DNA from: Candidatus Fervidifonticultor quintus
GTDB taxonomy: Bacteria; Sysuimicrobiota; Sysuimicrobiia; Sysuimicrobiales; Humicultoraceae
Direction of reading: 5' to 3'
Length of the DNA: 34,603 bases
Assembly: GCA_031459535.1 (NCBI GenBank)
Contig: JAVKIJ010000031.1
Coordinates: forward strand, 1 to 34,603
Shown here: positions 8,990 through 17,501 of the stretch, one piece after another
Layout of the letters: every line of letters starts with the position of its first letter
Numbering within the stretch: position 1 is the stretch's first letter
Made by a program: the position numbers and the translations under genes
The notes under the pieces: model-generated
Seen by the model: the letters and a program-made list of their open reading frames with translations, nothing else
The model's database searches: none
What the model was told of the DNA's origin: nothing

Positions 8990-9847
8990 CTACCGGGCCT
9001 CCCGAACGTATCCGTGGAGTCTCTGGTTGAACTCGAGCGACGTCTGACCAAACGCCTGCACGAAGGCGGCCTCCGGCTCGGGCTCCGCCCTGAAGAGCCT
9101 GAAGTACCTGAAGAGGGCGTCCTTCCCTTTCTGCTGCACCAGGTAGTCAACGGCCACCAGAGCAGTAGCGTACACCACGCGCCGCGTGAGCGTGTGCGCG
9201 CGACGCTCCCAGAGGTCGGGCGTCGTCAGGGAACCGAGAGACGGCAGCCCTCCCACGCTCTGTCGCTCCCGGAGCAGGTTGGCGGCCGCGGCGATCGTCT
9301 GCGGATAGACGATCAGGCCCTTGTGGTGAAGGAAGTGCTTGGCGAACACCTCCGCGGTCCCTTCCTGGATCCAGGCGTAGGGGGATCCTCTCCATCCTGA
9401 GAGTTCCTGGTGATAGATGTGGACCATCTCGTGCGCCAGGTCAGAGAGGAACCGGGTCTGATCGCCGGTGGCCGGGTGGCCGAGGTTGATGAAGATCTGG
9501 CTCGCCGCGTCGACCATCATCCAGTGACCCCCGGGGGTCAGTCCCATGCGCGCCAGGGTCTCATTCACTCTCACGCCGGTCCTGAGGATAGAGTCCACGT
9601 AGGCCTCAGCTGTGGCGGACAGGTGCACCCTGACCTGCCTGGAGACCGTGATGGAGAACTCGGCGGAAAGGAAGTCGTCCGCCTCAAGGAGAGTGCGCTG
9701 GATCTCGCCGGCCGCCTGGGCGCTCACGCCTGGGCCGGAGCGGACGGCCAGGTTGATCCCATAGGCCGGCGGGGACGCGATGCACAGCGTCAGCACCGCG
9801 CCAACTGCAAGGACGGGCACCAGGCGGCAGCGCGCGCAGTTGGTCAC
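8990..9847 (-). CDS. Secreted zinc metallopeptidase-like protein (clan MA / gluzincin-like)
   Basis: Signal peptide; LAHEMVHIYH (HEXXH) plus downstream WIQEGTAE; C-terminal FVQAFGQT resembles Peptidase_MA-like proteins. Confidence 0.75.
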   Translation of the reverse strand: MTNCARCRLVPVLAVGAVLTLCIASPPAYGINLAVRSGPGVSAQAAGEIQRTLLEADDFLSAEFSITVSRQVRVHLSATAEAYVDSILRTGVRVNETLARMGLTPGGHWMMVDAASQIFINLGHPATGDQTRFLSDLAHEMVHIYHQELSGWRGSPYAWIQEGTAEVFAKHFLHHKGLIVYPQTIAAAANLLRERQSVGGLPSLGSLTTPDLWERRAHTLTRRVVYATALVAVDYLVQQKGKDALFRYFRLFRAEPEPEAAFVQAFGQTSLEFNQRLHGYVREAR

Positions 9848-9988
9848 TGTGAACCCTCCCTTGACCCGTGAGTCCCTCAGGGAAATTTGGAAAGCCCTCT
9901 CACGTCATTCCTGCCCGGGAGGAGAGGACCGGCCTCGACGGCCGTTTCGGAAGCAGCGTGCAGGCGAAAACCCGCGTCCTGACCGGAC

Positions 9989-10064
9989 TGGCGCGCCCGG
10001 AGGGACTTGAACCCCCGACCTACGGCTCCGGAGGCCGCCGCTCTATCCGCTGAGCTACGGGCGC
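9989..10064 (-). tRNA. tRNA-Arg(CCG)
   Basis: The 76-nt reverse complement GCGCCCGTAGCTCAGCGGATAGAGCGGCGGCCTCCGGAGCCGTAGGTCGGGGGTTCAAGTCCCTCCGGGCGCGCCA folds as a cloverleaf; anticodon loop CTCCGGA, TTCAA T-loop, encoded CCA. Confidence 0.97.
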
Positions 10065-10076
10065 GTGCCGCAGGCC

Positions 10077-10085
10077 ATTATAGCA
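10077..10085 (-). promoter_or_regulatory. Extended -10 promoter of tRNA-Arg
   Basis: TGcTATAAT on the minus strand, 12 nt upstream of the tRNA 5' end, followed by a GC-rich discriminator. Confidence 0.75.
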
Positions 10086-10099
10086 CCGACGCCACCTGG

Positions 10100-10128
10100 T
10101 TGACAGCGCCATGCCGATCGCCTAATGT
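10100..10128 (+). promoter_or_regulatory. Sigma70-type promoter of the IclR operon
   Basis: TTGACA (10100-10105), 17-nt spacer, TAATGT (10123-10128). Confidence 0.75.
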
Positions 10129-10130
10129 AC

Positions 10131-10143
10131 GAAACATAGTTTC
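10131..10143. promoter_or_regulatory. Candidate IclR operator
   Basis: Palindrome GAAAC-ATA-GTTTC over the expected +1, immediately upstream of an IclR gene. Confidence 0.6.
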
Positions 10144-10173
10144 AGCATCGCGCCGCGGGATCACAGGAGCAGC

Positions 10174-10968
10174 ATGCCACAGCCACCCTGGGCGGCCATT
10201 CTGGAAACCCTGGCCAGTTCCAGCGACGGTCTGACTGTCAGCGAGCTGGCAGGTGCGCTGGGCACCTACAAAGGGGTCGTCTCTCGCACGCTGAGCACGC
10301 TGGTCGCGCTGGGCTACGTCCGTGCCAACGCCGCCACCCGCCGTTACACCCTCGGCCTGCCGCTCGTGGCCCTGGCCTTCCGCTTCGCGGACCTGACGGG
10401 ATTCCCCGGAGTCTGCCAGCCCGTGCTCCAGGATCTGGCGGACGCCACCGGCGAATTGGCGCAGCTGGCGGTGGTGGAGCACCACCGGGTCCTCTTCGTC
10501 GCCAAAGCCGAAGGCCGCGATCAACGCATTCGTATGGCGTCTCTGGTGGGCCACTTCGCGCCGCTCCACGCCACCGCGGCCGGCAAGGTCTATCTGGCCA
10601 GCCTTCCCGAGGGGGAGGCCCTGGATATCGCGGTGCGGGCCGGGCTGCGTTCGTTCACCCGCCACACCATCACCACTCGCACGCGTCTGAGGCGTGAGCT
10701 GCACATGGTGCGACGTCTCGGGTACGCCACCGTCGAGGAGGAGCTCGTGGACGGAGCGGGCGCCGTCGGCGTGCCCGTCCGGGTGGCGCGCCACGGCGGC
10801 CGCGTCGTCGGCGCGGTGGTGCTCTCGGGACCGACCTTCCGACTTCCGGCCGCCCGCAAACGGGAGCTGGTACCGCTTCTGCTGACGGCCGCCGATCGCC
10901 TGGGGAGCATCTGGCCGCTCCATAGAGCGGGAACCGCACCCGCCGCTGCCACGCAGGGGTTCCCATGA
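10174..10968 (+). CDS. IclR family transcriptional regulator
   Basis: N-terminal HTH (LTVSELAGALG...VSRTLSTLVALGYV); PLHATAAGKVYLA and GYATVEEE effector-domain motifs; AGGAG SD. Confidence 0.95.
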   Translation: MPQPPWAAILETLASSSDGLTVSELAGALGTYKGVVSRTLSTLVALGYVRANAATRRYTLGLPLVALAFRFADLTGFPGVCQPVLQDLADATGELAQLAVVEHHRVLFVAKAEGRDQRIRMASLVGHFAPLHATAAGKVYLASLPEGEALDIAVRAGLRSFTRHTITTRTRLRRELHMVRRLGYATVEEELVDGAGAVGVPVRVARHGGRVVGAVVLSGPTFRLPAARKRELVPLLLTAADRLGSIWPLHRAGTAPAAATQGFP

Positions 10969-11522
10969 GTCAGTCGCGGTCGCGCCCCCGGAGGGCCGCG
11001 CGTGAGCAGCGCGTACGGATCGCCCTCGAGGTCAACGGCCGCCGGTACGTGCTGGAGGTCCCGCCGCAGCATACACTGCTGGACGTCCTGCGGGGGCACC
11101 TGGGCCTGCTGGGCACCAAGGAATCGTGTCGGGAAGGCGTCTGTGGCGCCTGCACGGTGCTGCTGGACGGCCGGCCGGTCAACGCGTGCCTCCTGCTGGG
11201 CGCTTCGGCGGGCGGGCGGGCGGTCACGACGGTCGAGAGCCTGACCGAGGGCGACGCCCTGCACCCGCTCCAGCAGGCGTTCATCGAGTGCGGCGCCATC
11301 CAGTGCGGCTATTGCACACCTGGCATGCTGCTGTCGGCCAAGGCTCTGCTCGCCACATGCCCGATGCCGACCGACGAGGAGATCCGCCGTGGACTGTCGG
11401 GCAACCTGTGTCGCTGCACCGGCTACCACAAGATCGTGGAGGCCGTGCGGCTGGCGGCCTCACGCATGGCATCGGGTGCAAACCGCCCGGCACCTGACGG
11501 GGGACGCGCGTGGGAACGTTGA
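10965..11522 (+). CDS. 2x[2Fe-2S] small subunit of a xanthine dehydrogenase/CoxS-family enzyme
   Basis: [16 protein letters not shown]...C and QCGYCTPG...NLCRCTGY motifs; ATGA overlap with iclR. Confidence 0.95.
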   Translation: MSQSRSRPRRAAREQRVRIALEVNGRRYVLEVPPQHTLLDVLRGHLGLLGTKESCREGVCGACTVLLDGRPVNACLLLGASAGGRAVTTVESLTEGDALHPLQQAFIECGAIQCGYCTPGMLLSAKALLATCPMPTDEEIRRGLSGNLCRCTGYHKIVEAVRLAASRMASGANRPAPDGGRAWER

Positions 11523-13789
11523 TCGGGCGGTCGCTTCCCCGCCTTGACGGCCACCTGAAGGCCACAGGGCGCTTCCACTACGGCATCGATCTGACCGTGC
11601 CGGGCGCACTCGCGGGCCACCTGGTCCGCAGTCCGTACGCGCACGCCCGAATCCGTGCGATCGACCTGTCGCCGGCGCTGGCCGTCCCGGGGGTGGTGGT
11701 CGCGGTGAGCGGACGCGATCTCCCTGACCGGCGCTTCGGCGGGCTGGTCAAGGACGAGACGGTGCTGGCCGCAGACGTCGTGCGCTACGTCGGTCAGCCG
11801 GTGGCCGCAGTGGCCGCCACCACGGCCGAGGTGGCCGCCGAGGCCGCCGGGCGGGTGGTGGTGGACTATGAGCCGCTGCCCGCCATCGAGGACGTCGACG
11901 CCGCGCTGCGGGAGGGAGCTCCCCTGGTGCACGAGGCCTGGGCATCTTACGTCGCGCATCCCAACGTGGTCCGGTGCGGCAACGTGTGTGGCCAGGCGAC
12001 GATCCTCAAGGGTGACATCGAGCGGGGCTTCGCCGAAGCCGATCACGTCTTCGAAGATGTGTTCACCACGGAACCAGTGCATCAGGCCTATCTCGAACCG
12101 CGGATGGCCGTGGCGAGCTGGGATCCTGCGGGGTCCCTCACCGTCCACTCCAACACCCAGCTGCCGTTCGAGGTCCAGGGCGCCCTGTCCGACATCCTGG
12201 GAATCCCGCCTGGACGCATCCGGGTCATCGCCACCGGCATCGGCGGTGCGTTTGGCGGCAAACTCCGCATGGGCGTCGAACACATCGCCGCCGTGCTGGC
12301 CCAGCGCGCGGGCCGGCCGGTGCGGGTCGCGCTCACCATGGAGGAGGAGTTCGCCGCCGCCTACCCTCGCCACGCCATGCGCATCACCCTGCGCACCGGC
12401 GTGCGGCGCGACGGCACCATCGTGGCCAAGGAAGCCCATGCGTGGCTCGACGCGGGCGCGTTCAGCGGCTCGAGCCCGGGGCTCCCGTCGGTGGCGACGT
12501 TGGTGCTCGCCGGCCCGTATCGCATCCCACACCTGCTGCTCGAGGCCGTCGCGGTCTACACCCATAAGCAGAACTTCGGCTCCTACCGGGCCCCGACTGG
12601 CCCCCAGTGCGCCTTCGCGGTCGAGTCACAAATGGACATGATCGCCCGTCGCCTGGGCCTGGACCCGCTCGCATTTCGGCTGCGCAACATCGTGCGCGAC
12701 GGCGACCAGGGGCCCACTGGGCAGGTCTTCGGCCGCGTCAGCTTGGAGACGGCGCTGCGGCGCGTGGCCGAAGCCATCGGGTGGGAGGAGCGCAGGCGAC
12801 CCCGTCGCGGCAAGGGCCTGGCGTGCGGCTGGTGGACTACGACCGGCGGCCCCTCAGGCGTGTACGCGAAGCTGCACCCGGACGGGACGGCCACGCTGGT
12901 CACGGGGTGCGCCGAGATCGGCACCGGTGCCCTCAGCGTCGCTGCCCAGCTCTTCGCTGACGAGCTCGGCCTGCCCCTCGAGGCAGTCAGCTTGATCAGC
13001 GCCGACACGTTCGCGACTCCTTATGATCACGGCGCGCAGGGGAGCCGCTCGGCGTTCGCCGTGGGCAACGCGGCACGGGATGCGGCGGCCGAGATCCGCC
13101 AGCAGGTGCTGCGCCTGGCTGCTGAAGCCATGGAGGCCAGCATCGCGGACCTAGAGCTGCGCGACGCGAGCGTGGTCGTACGAGGCACGCCCTCCCGGCG
13201 GATGCCGCTGGCCGACGTGGTCAAGTTGGCCATGCAGCGCCAGGGGGGCCTCGTCGCCACCGGGACGTTCGTGGCGCCGGCGACGCCATACGACAGCCAC
13301 TGTGTCCGCGGCCACTTCTACCCCGCGTTCAACTCGCCGAGCTTTCACGCCCACGCGGCCGAGGTGGAGGTGGATCCCGAGACCGGGGGTGTGCGGGTGG
13401 TGCGGTATGTCGTCGCCCAGGACGTGGGCAGGGCCCTCAACCCCCGCTTGATCGAGGGGCAGATCGAAGGCGGGGTGGTGCAGGGCCTGGGACAGGCGCT
13501 GCGGGAGTGCATCCCCTACCAGGATGCGCATCCCGCCGTCCACAATCTCAGCGACTACGCCCTGCCCCGGATCACCGATATCCCGGCCATCACGAGCATT
13601 CTCATCGAAGAGCCCAGCGACGTCGGCCCTCACGGCGCCCGCGGGGTGGGCGAACCTCCCATCATTGAGCCGCCGGCGGCGGTCGCCAACGCCATTGACG
13701 ATGCGGTGGGCGCCCGGGTCACGAGCCTGCCCCTGTGGCCCGAGCGCGTGTTCCGCGCCATAGGCGCACACCAGAGAGGAGGCGCGTGA
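11510..13789 (+). CDS. Xanthine dehydrogenase family molybdopterin-binding large subunit (not CO dehydrogenase)
   Basis: HQAYLEP, GGAFGGK, EIGTG, GQIEGGVVQGLG and RGVGEPP (catalytic Glu). The active-site loop reads SYRAPTGP, not the CoxL AYxCSFR. Confidence 0.93.
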   Translation: MGTLIGRSLPRLDGHLKATGRFHYGIDLTVPGALAGHLVRSPYAHARIRAIDLSPALAVPGVVVAVSGRDLPDRRFGGLVKDETVLAADVVRYVGQPVAAVAATTAEVAAEAAGRVVVDYEPLPAIEDVDAALREGAPLVHEAWASYVAHPNVVRCGNVCGQATILKGDIERGFAEADHVFEDVFTTEPVHQAYLEPRMAVASWDPAGSLTVHSNTQLPFEVQGALSDILGIPPGRIRVIATGIGGAFGGKLRMGVEHIAAVLAQRAGRPVRVALTMEEEFAAAYPRHAMRITLRTGVRRDGTIVAKEAHAWLDAGAFSGSSPGLPSVATLVLAGPYRIPHLLLEAVAVYTHKQNFGSYRAPTGPQCAFAVESQMDMIARRLGLDPLAFRLRNIVRDGDQGPTGQVFGRVSLETALRRVAEAIGWEERRRPRRGKGLACGWWTTTGGPSGVYAKLHPDGTATLVTGCAEIGTGALSVAAQLFADELGLPLEAVSLISADTFATPYDHGAQGSRSAFAVGNAARDAAAEIRQQVLRLAAEAMEASIADLELRDASVVVRGTPSRRMPLADVVKLAMQRQGGLVATGTFVAPATPYDSHCVRGHFYPAFNSPSFHAHAAEVEVDPETGGVRVVRYVVAQDVGRALNPRLIEGQIEGGVVQGLGQALRECIPYQDAHPAVHNLSDYALPRITDIPAITSILIEEPSDVGPHGARGVGEPPIIEPPAAVANAIDDAVGARVTSLPLWPERVFRAIGAHQRGGA

Positions 13790-14097
13790 TGCCCGTGGTG
13801 GTGTTCCTGGCCCGCCTGAAGCCGGGTGCCGATCCCGCGGCCTACGAACAATGGGTGCGGGAGGTTGACTATCCCAGGGCGCGACGGCTGCCGAGCGTCA
13901 TCTCCTACGTCAACCACCGCTTGCAGGCCCCGCTACGCAAAGCGGATGTCCGGTACGACTACCTGGAGATCCTGCACGTCACGGACCTCGACGCGTACCG
14001 GCAGGATCTCACCCGGCCGGAGATTGTGGAGCTGCGGGCTCAGTTGATGCAGTTCATCGAGCCTTCGGACAACTGGGTGGGCGAGGTCATCGCATGA
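13789..14097 (+). CDS. RedY/HapK-like small dimeric alpha/beta-barrel (EthD-like) protein
   Basis: LKPGADPAAYEQWVREVDYP...LPSV...YDYLEIL pattern; TGATG overlap with the upstream gene; AGGAGG SD. Confidence 0.7.
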   Translation: MPVVVFLARLKPGADPAAYEQWVREVDYPRARRLPSVISYVNHRLQAPLRKADVRYDYLEILHVTDLDAYRQDLTRPEIVELRAQLMQFIEPSDNWVGEVIA

Positions 14098-15152
14098 GCC
14101 TGGAAGTCGGCATCCTGCTGTTGGGCGAGCACAGCCCCTCGCGCCTGGTGAGCCTGGCGCAGCAGGCGGAAGCCCTCGGCTATGGCTATGTGTGGTACGC
14201 CGATGAACGGTTCTTCCGCGAGGTCTACAGCGGGCTGGCGCTCATCGCGGCGCGCACGTCGCGGGTCCGGCTGGGCCCCGGTGTCACCGATCCCTACTCC
14301 CGCCACCCGGCACTGACCGCGATGGCCATCGCCACGTTGGACGAGATGAGCGAGGGCCGCGCGGTCCTGGGGCTGGGCGCCGGCATCTCAGGTTTCAGGG
14401 AGCTGGGCGTGGCGCGCGAGCGCCCGGCGGTCGCGATCCGAGAGGCTGTGGAGGTGGTGCGCGCGCTGCTGCGGGGCGACCGCGTGACGTATAACGGCCA
14501 GGTAATACGAACATCGGATGCGCGCCTCAACTTCACGCCTCCCCGCGCAGACGTGCCGATTTACGTGGCCAGCAACGCCCCACGCGGACTGGAGGTCGCC
14601 GGCCGGGTCGCCGACGGCGCCATCATGCAGGGCTGCGTCTCCGACCTCGCGCTGCAGTACTTCAAGACCCATGTGGCGCGCGGTGAGCGGGCCGCAGGCC
14701 GGCTACCGGGTCAGGTGGCGCTGGTGGCGCGGGTCAATGTCTGCATCGATGACGACCCGCGCGCTGCCAGGGACCTGATGCGGCGCTCGGTGGCCAACAG
14801 CCTGCTCGCACAGCAGCCGGACTTCCCGGGGTTCCTCGCCGCCGGCTTGGAGATTCCCCAGACGCTGCGCGAGGCGGTCGCAGGGTCCAGCTACGGCTAC
14901 GGCAGCGATGCGCCCGCCCGCATCGCACCCAGCATTCCCGATGCCTTCGTCGACGCGCTGACGCTGGCAGGCACCGCCGAGGACGTCACGGCCGGTGCAT
15001 CACGCCTGATCGCGGCCGGGATCCGCCAGCTCCTCATCTTCCCCATGGATCTAGAAAAGCGTATCGAGCGGACGATCGAGCGCTTTGCGAGTGACGTGCT
15101 CCCGCGCGCGGTGCGCATGGCTGCCGGGCCGGCGCGCGGATCGGAGGCCTGA
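14094..15152 (+). CDS. LLM class flavin/deazaflavin-dependent oxidoreductase, Mer-like
   Basis: RLGPGVTDPYSRHPALTAMAIATLDEMSEGRAVLGLGAG and PIYVAS...AGRVADG; ATGA overlap. Confidence 0.9.
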   Translation: MSLEVGILLLGEHSPSRLVSLAQQAEALGYGYVWYADERFFREVYSGLALIAARTSRVRLGPGVTDPYSRHPALTAMAIATLDEMSEGRAVLGLGAGISGFRELGVARERPAVAIREAVEVVRALLRGDRVTYNGQVIRTSDARLNFTPPRADVPIYVASNAPRGLEVAGRVADGAIMQGCVSDLALQYFKTHVARGERAAGRLPGQVALVARVNVCIDDDPRAARDLMRRSVANSLLAQQPDFPGFLAAGLEIPQTLREAVAGSSYGYGSDAPARIAPSIPDAFVDALTLAGTAEDVTAGASRLIAAGIRQLLIFPMDLEKRIERTIERFASDVLPRAVRMAAGPARGSEA

Positions 15153-15175
15153 CGGCCGGGAGGTGACGGACGGAG

Positions 15176-15835
15176 ATGCCGACGCGGTTCGTGCTGGTGA
15201 GCCTGCGGCCAGGCGTTGCCGTGGCCGAGTACGAGCAGTTCATCCGCGAGTACGACTACCCCTGTCTGCCCGAGCTGCCGACCATCGTGCACTACCGCAC
15301 GCATCGGATTGACCCGCAGACCGTGCGAGGCGCGCCGCTGCCGTATCAGTACATCGAGCAGATCGTCGTCACCGACCCCCGGACGTACACCAGGGAGCTG
15401 GACGCCTCGGCCCGATTCGCCGAGTTCCGGGCCCGCAACCCCCGGTTCGTCGCACACCGGCTGGACTTCTGGACCGAGGTAGTCCCACCGACCCCGCTGT
15501 CGGGCGATGCTCCGACCGGCGTCTTCCAGCGCTGGGATGCCATTCCCCCAGAAGACGCGCGACCAGGCCTGCCGCTGCGGCGCCTCGCGGGACGGGCTAT
15601 GACCGCCACCCTGGTCACGCTCCACCCGGGTGTGACGGTGGCACCCCAGCAACACCAGGAGGAGCAACTTGTCCACATGCTCTCCGGCCAGCTGCGGCTG
15701 CAGGTCGGGAATGAGGCGCGGACGGTAGGTCCTGGAGATGTCGTCCTGATCCCACCGCAGGTCCCCCACACCGGCGAAGCGCTCGGGGAGGGACCGGCGA
15801 CGTACCTGGAAGTCCTGGCACGGACCACGGCGTGA
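15176..15835 (+). CDS. HapK-like domain fused to a C-terminal cupin domain
   Basis: N-terminal LRPGVAVAEYEQFIREYDYP...LPTI...YQYIEQI parallels the 13789 protein; C-terminal PQQHQEEQLVHMLSG...GPGDVVLIPPQVPH cupin motifs. Confidence 0.75.
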   Translation: MPTRFVLVSLRPGVAVAEYEQFIREYDYPCLPELPTIVHYRTHRIDPQTVRGAPLPYQYIEQIVVTDPRTYTRELDASARFAEFRARNPRFVAHRLDFWTEVVPPTPLSGDAPTGVFQRWDAIPPEDARPGLPLRRLAGRAMTATLVTLHPGVTVAPQQHQEEQLVHMLSGQLRLQVGNEARTVGPGDVVLIPPQVPHTGEALGEGPATYLEVLARTTA

Positions 15836-15855
15836 TGCGAAGGGGGTGCGCGAAG

Positions 15856-17490
15856 ATGCACGATGACAGACCACACCGAATAACGCGGCGGGAACTGCTG
15901 ATTCGCTCCGCGGGCGCGGCCGCCGGCGCCAGCCTCGCCAGCTACGACCGCACCTGGTTGCGGTCTGTGGCAGCGCTGGCCGCGCCGGCTCGAGTCTCGA
16001 CACGGCCCCTGGTGTTCGTGGTGCGGACCGAGACACTGACGCTCGACCCCCACCAGAACGATTTCATCTACTCCCAGAACGCCCAGCGCCCTGTCTACGA
16101 GCCGCTGGTGGACTACGCTCCCGACGGGAAGGGCGGAGCGACCATTGCGCCGGTCCTGGCCACCGAGTGGCGCATCTCAAATGATGCCAAGACGTACACG
16201 TTCCGGGTGCGGCCGAACGTCCGGTTCTCTGATGGCACCCCGTTTGATGCCGAAGCCGTCAAGTGGAACTTTGACCGGCTGAAAGCCGTGAACAAGGGGC
16301 CTGCTGCGCGCCTCCCGGCCATCGACCGCACGGAGGTCGTTGACCGTCTCACGGTGCGCGTGCATCTGCGGGCACCGTTCGCGCCGTTCATCCAGGCGCT
16401 GGCCAAAGCGCCCTACATGATCAGCCCCGCGGTCGGGAGCCGGGAGAGCGGCGGTGACCTAGCGCAACGGTGGCTCGACACCAACGCGGTGGGCACAGGT
16501 CCCTACCTGCTCGAGAGCTGGGTCCGGGGCCAGCAACTCACCTACACCCGCAACCCCAACTACTGGCGCGGCTGGAGCGGGCCGCACGCGGAGCGCATCA
16601 CGATCCGCCTGGTTCGCGAGTCGGCCACGCAACGTCTGATGCTGGAGACCGGCGAGGCCGACCTGGCCGACGGCATCATCATCACCGACGCGGACGCCAT
16701 GAAGAAGAACCCGTCTCTGGTGATCGAAGAACACAGCACGCCGGCGCAGATCCACGTCATGTTGCGCATGCGGGGCGCGATGCTCAACCCCAAGTTTCGG
16801 GAGGCCATGCGGGCCGTCTTCGGCTACACGAGCTTCGTGGGCGGAGTCCTGCTCAACAAGGGCCGCATCCCCAACGGCCCCATCGCCAAGGGCATCTGGG
16901 CCCATGATCCCACCCTGCCCCAGTTCCGGCGGGAGCTGGTCCGGGCACGCCAGCTCGTCCAGGAGGCCGCGCCTACCCAGCGGTCGTTCGTGTTGCAGAC
17001 GATCTCGCCGTTCTTCCCCTACTATCCTCAGCTCGCCCAGATCCTCCAGCAAAACCTCGCCGAGGTGGGCATCTCCCTGACCATCGAAGACCGGCTGGAT
17101 GCTGCCGGGTTCATCGGCGCGCTTGTGAACCTGGAGCGCGGTCCGGACATGTACGGCTGGGCCATCAACCCTGCCTACGACGATCCTCATGATATCCTGC
17201 ATCGCACGTACCACTCGGCGTCGCTCCCGCCCAACGCGCAAAACTTTACATTTTACAAGAACCCGCGACTGGATGAGCTGATTGATCGGGGCGTGGCGGC
17301 GCCCGACCGGGCCCGGCGGCAACCGTTCTACAACGAGGCGCAGCGTCTGCTCCGCAGCGACGGCCCAGCGATCTTCTGCGCCCAGTTCTTCCAGATCTTC
17401 GGCCGGCGCAAGCCGCTCAACGGGTTCGTCTGGCACCCGTTCCTGTTCAACCTGCCACCGGACTTCTACGCCCTCTGGGTGGAAGCGTAG
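15856..17490 (+). CDS. ABC substrate-binding protein, family 5 (Dpp/Opp-like), Tat signal
   Basis: TRRELL twin-arginine motif; YTFRVRPNVRFSDGTPFDAEAVKWNFDR, VGTGPY and RNPNYW. An alternative start lies at 15832. Confidence 0.93.
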   Translation: MHDDRPHRITRRELLIRSAGAAAGASLASYDRTWLRSVAALAAPARVSTRPLVFVVRTETLTLDPHQNDFIYSQNAQRPVYEPLVDYAPDGKGGATIAPVLATEWRISNDAKTYTFRVRPNVRFSDGTPFDAEAVKWNFDRLKAVNKGPAARLPAIDRTEVVDRLTVRVHLRAPFAPFIQALAKAPYMISPAVGSRESGGDLAQRWLDTNAVGTGPYLLESWVRGQQLTYTRNPNYWRGWSGPHAERITIRLVRESATQRLMLETGEADLADGIIITDADAMKKNPSLVIEEHSTPAQIHVMLRMRGAMLNPKFREAMRAVFGYTSFVGGVLLNKGRIPNGPIAKGIWAHDPTLPQFRRELVRARQLVQEAAPTQRSFVLQTISPFFPYYPQLAQILQQNLAEVGISLTIEDRLDAAGFIGALVNLERGPDMYGWAINPAYDDPHDILHRTYHSASLPPNAQNFTFYKNPRLDELIDRGVAAPDRARRQPFYNEAQRLLRSDGPAIFCAQFFQIFGRRKPLNGFVWHPFLFNLPPDFYALWVEA

Positions 17491-17501
17491 CGCGCCTGCC
17501 G

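Noticed and set aside
9989-10030. Integrative element or prophage at the tRNA 3' end
   Set aside because: I found no integrase, phage genes or duplicated tRNA 3' segment in the window.
9868-10234. Small ORFs across the tRNA (…RPEGLEPPTYGSGGRRSIR)
   Set aside because: They are antisense translations of tRNA-Arg.
11510-13789. Aerobic CO dehydrogenase large subunit (coxL)
   Set aside because: It lacks AYxCSFR (form I) and AYRGAGR (form II), and there are no coxM or accessory cox genes.
13789-15835. Prodiginine biosynthetic cluster suggested by the HapK/RedY-like genes
   Set aside because: No PKS/NRPS, carrier protein or condensing enzyme; the context is importer plus catabolic regulator.
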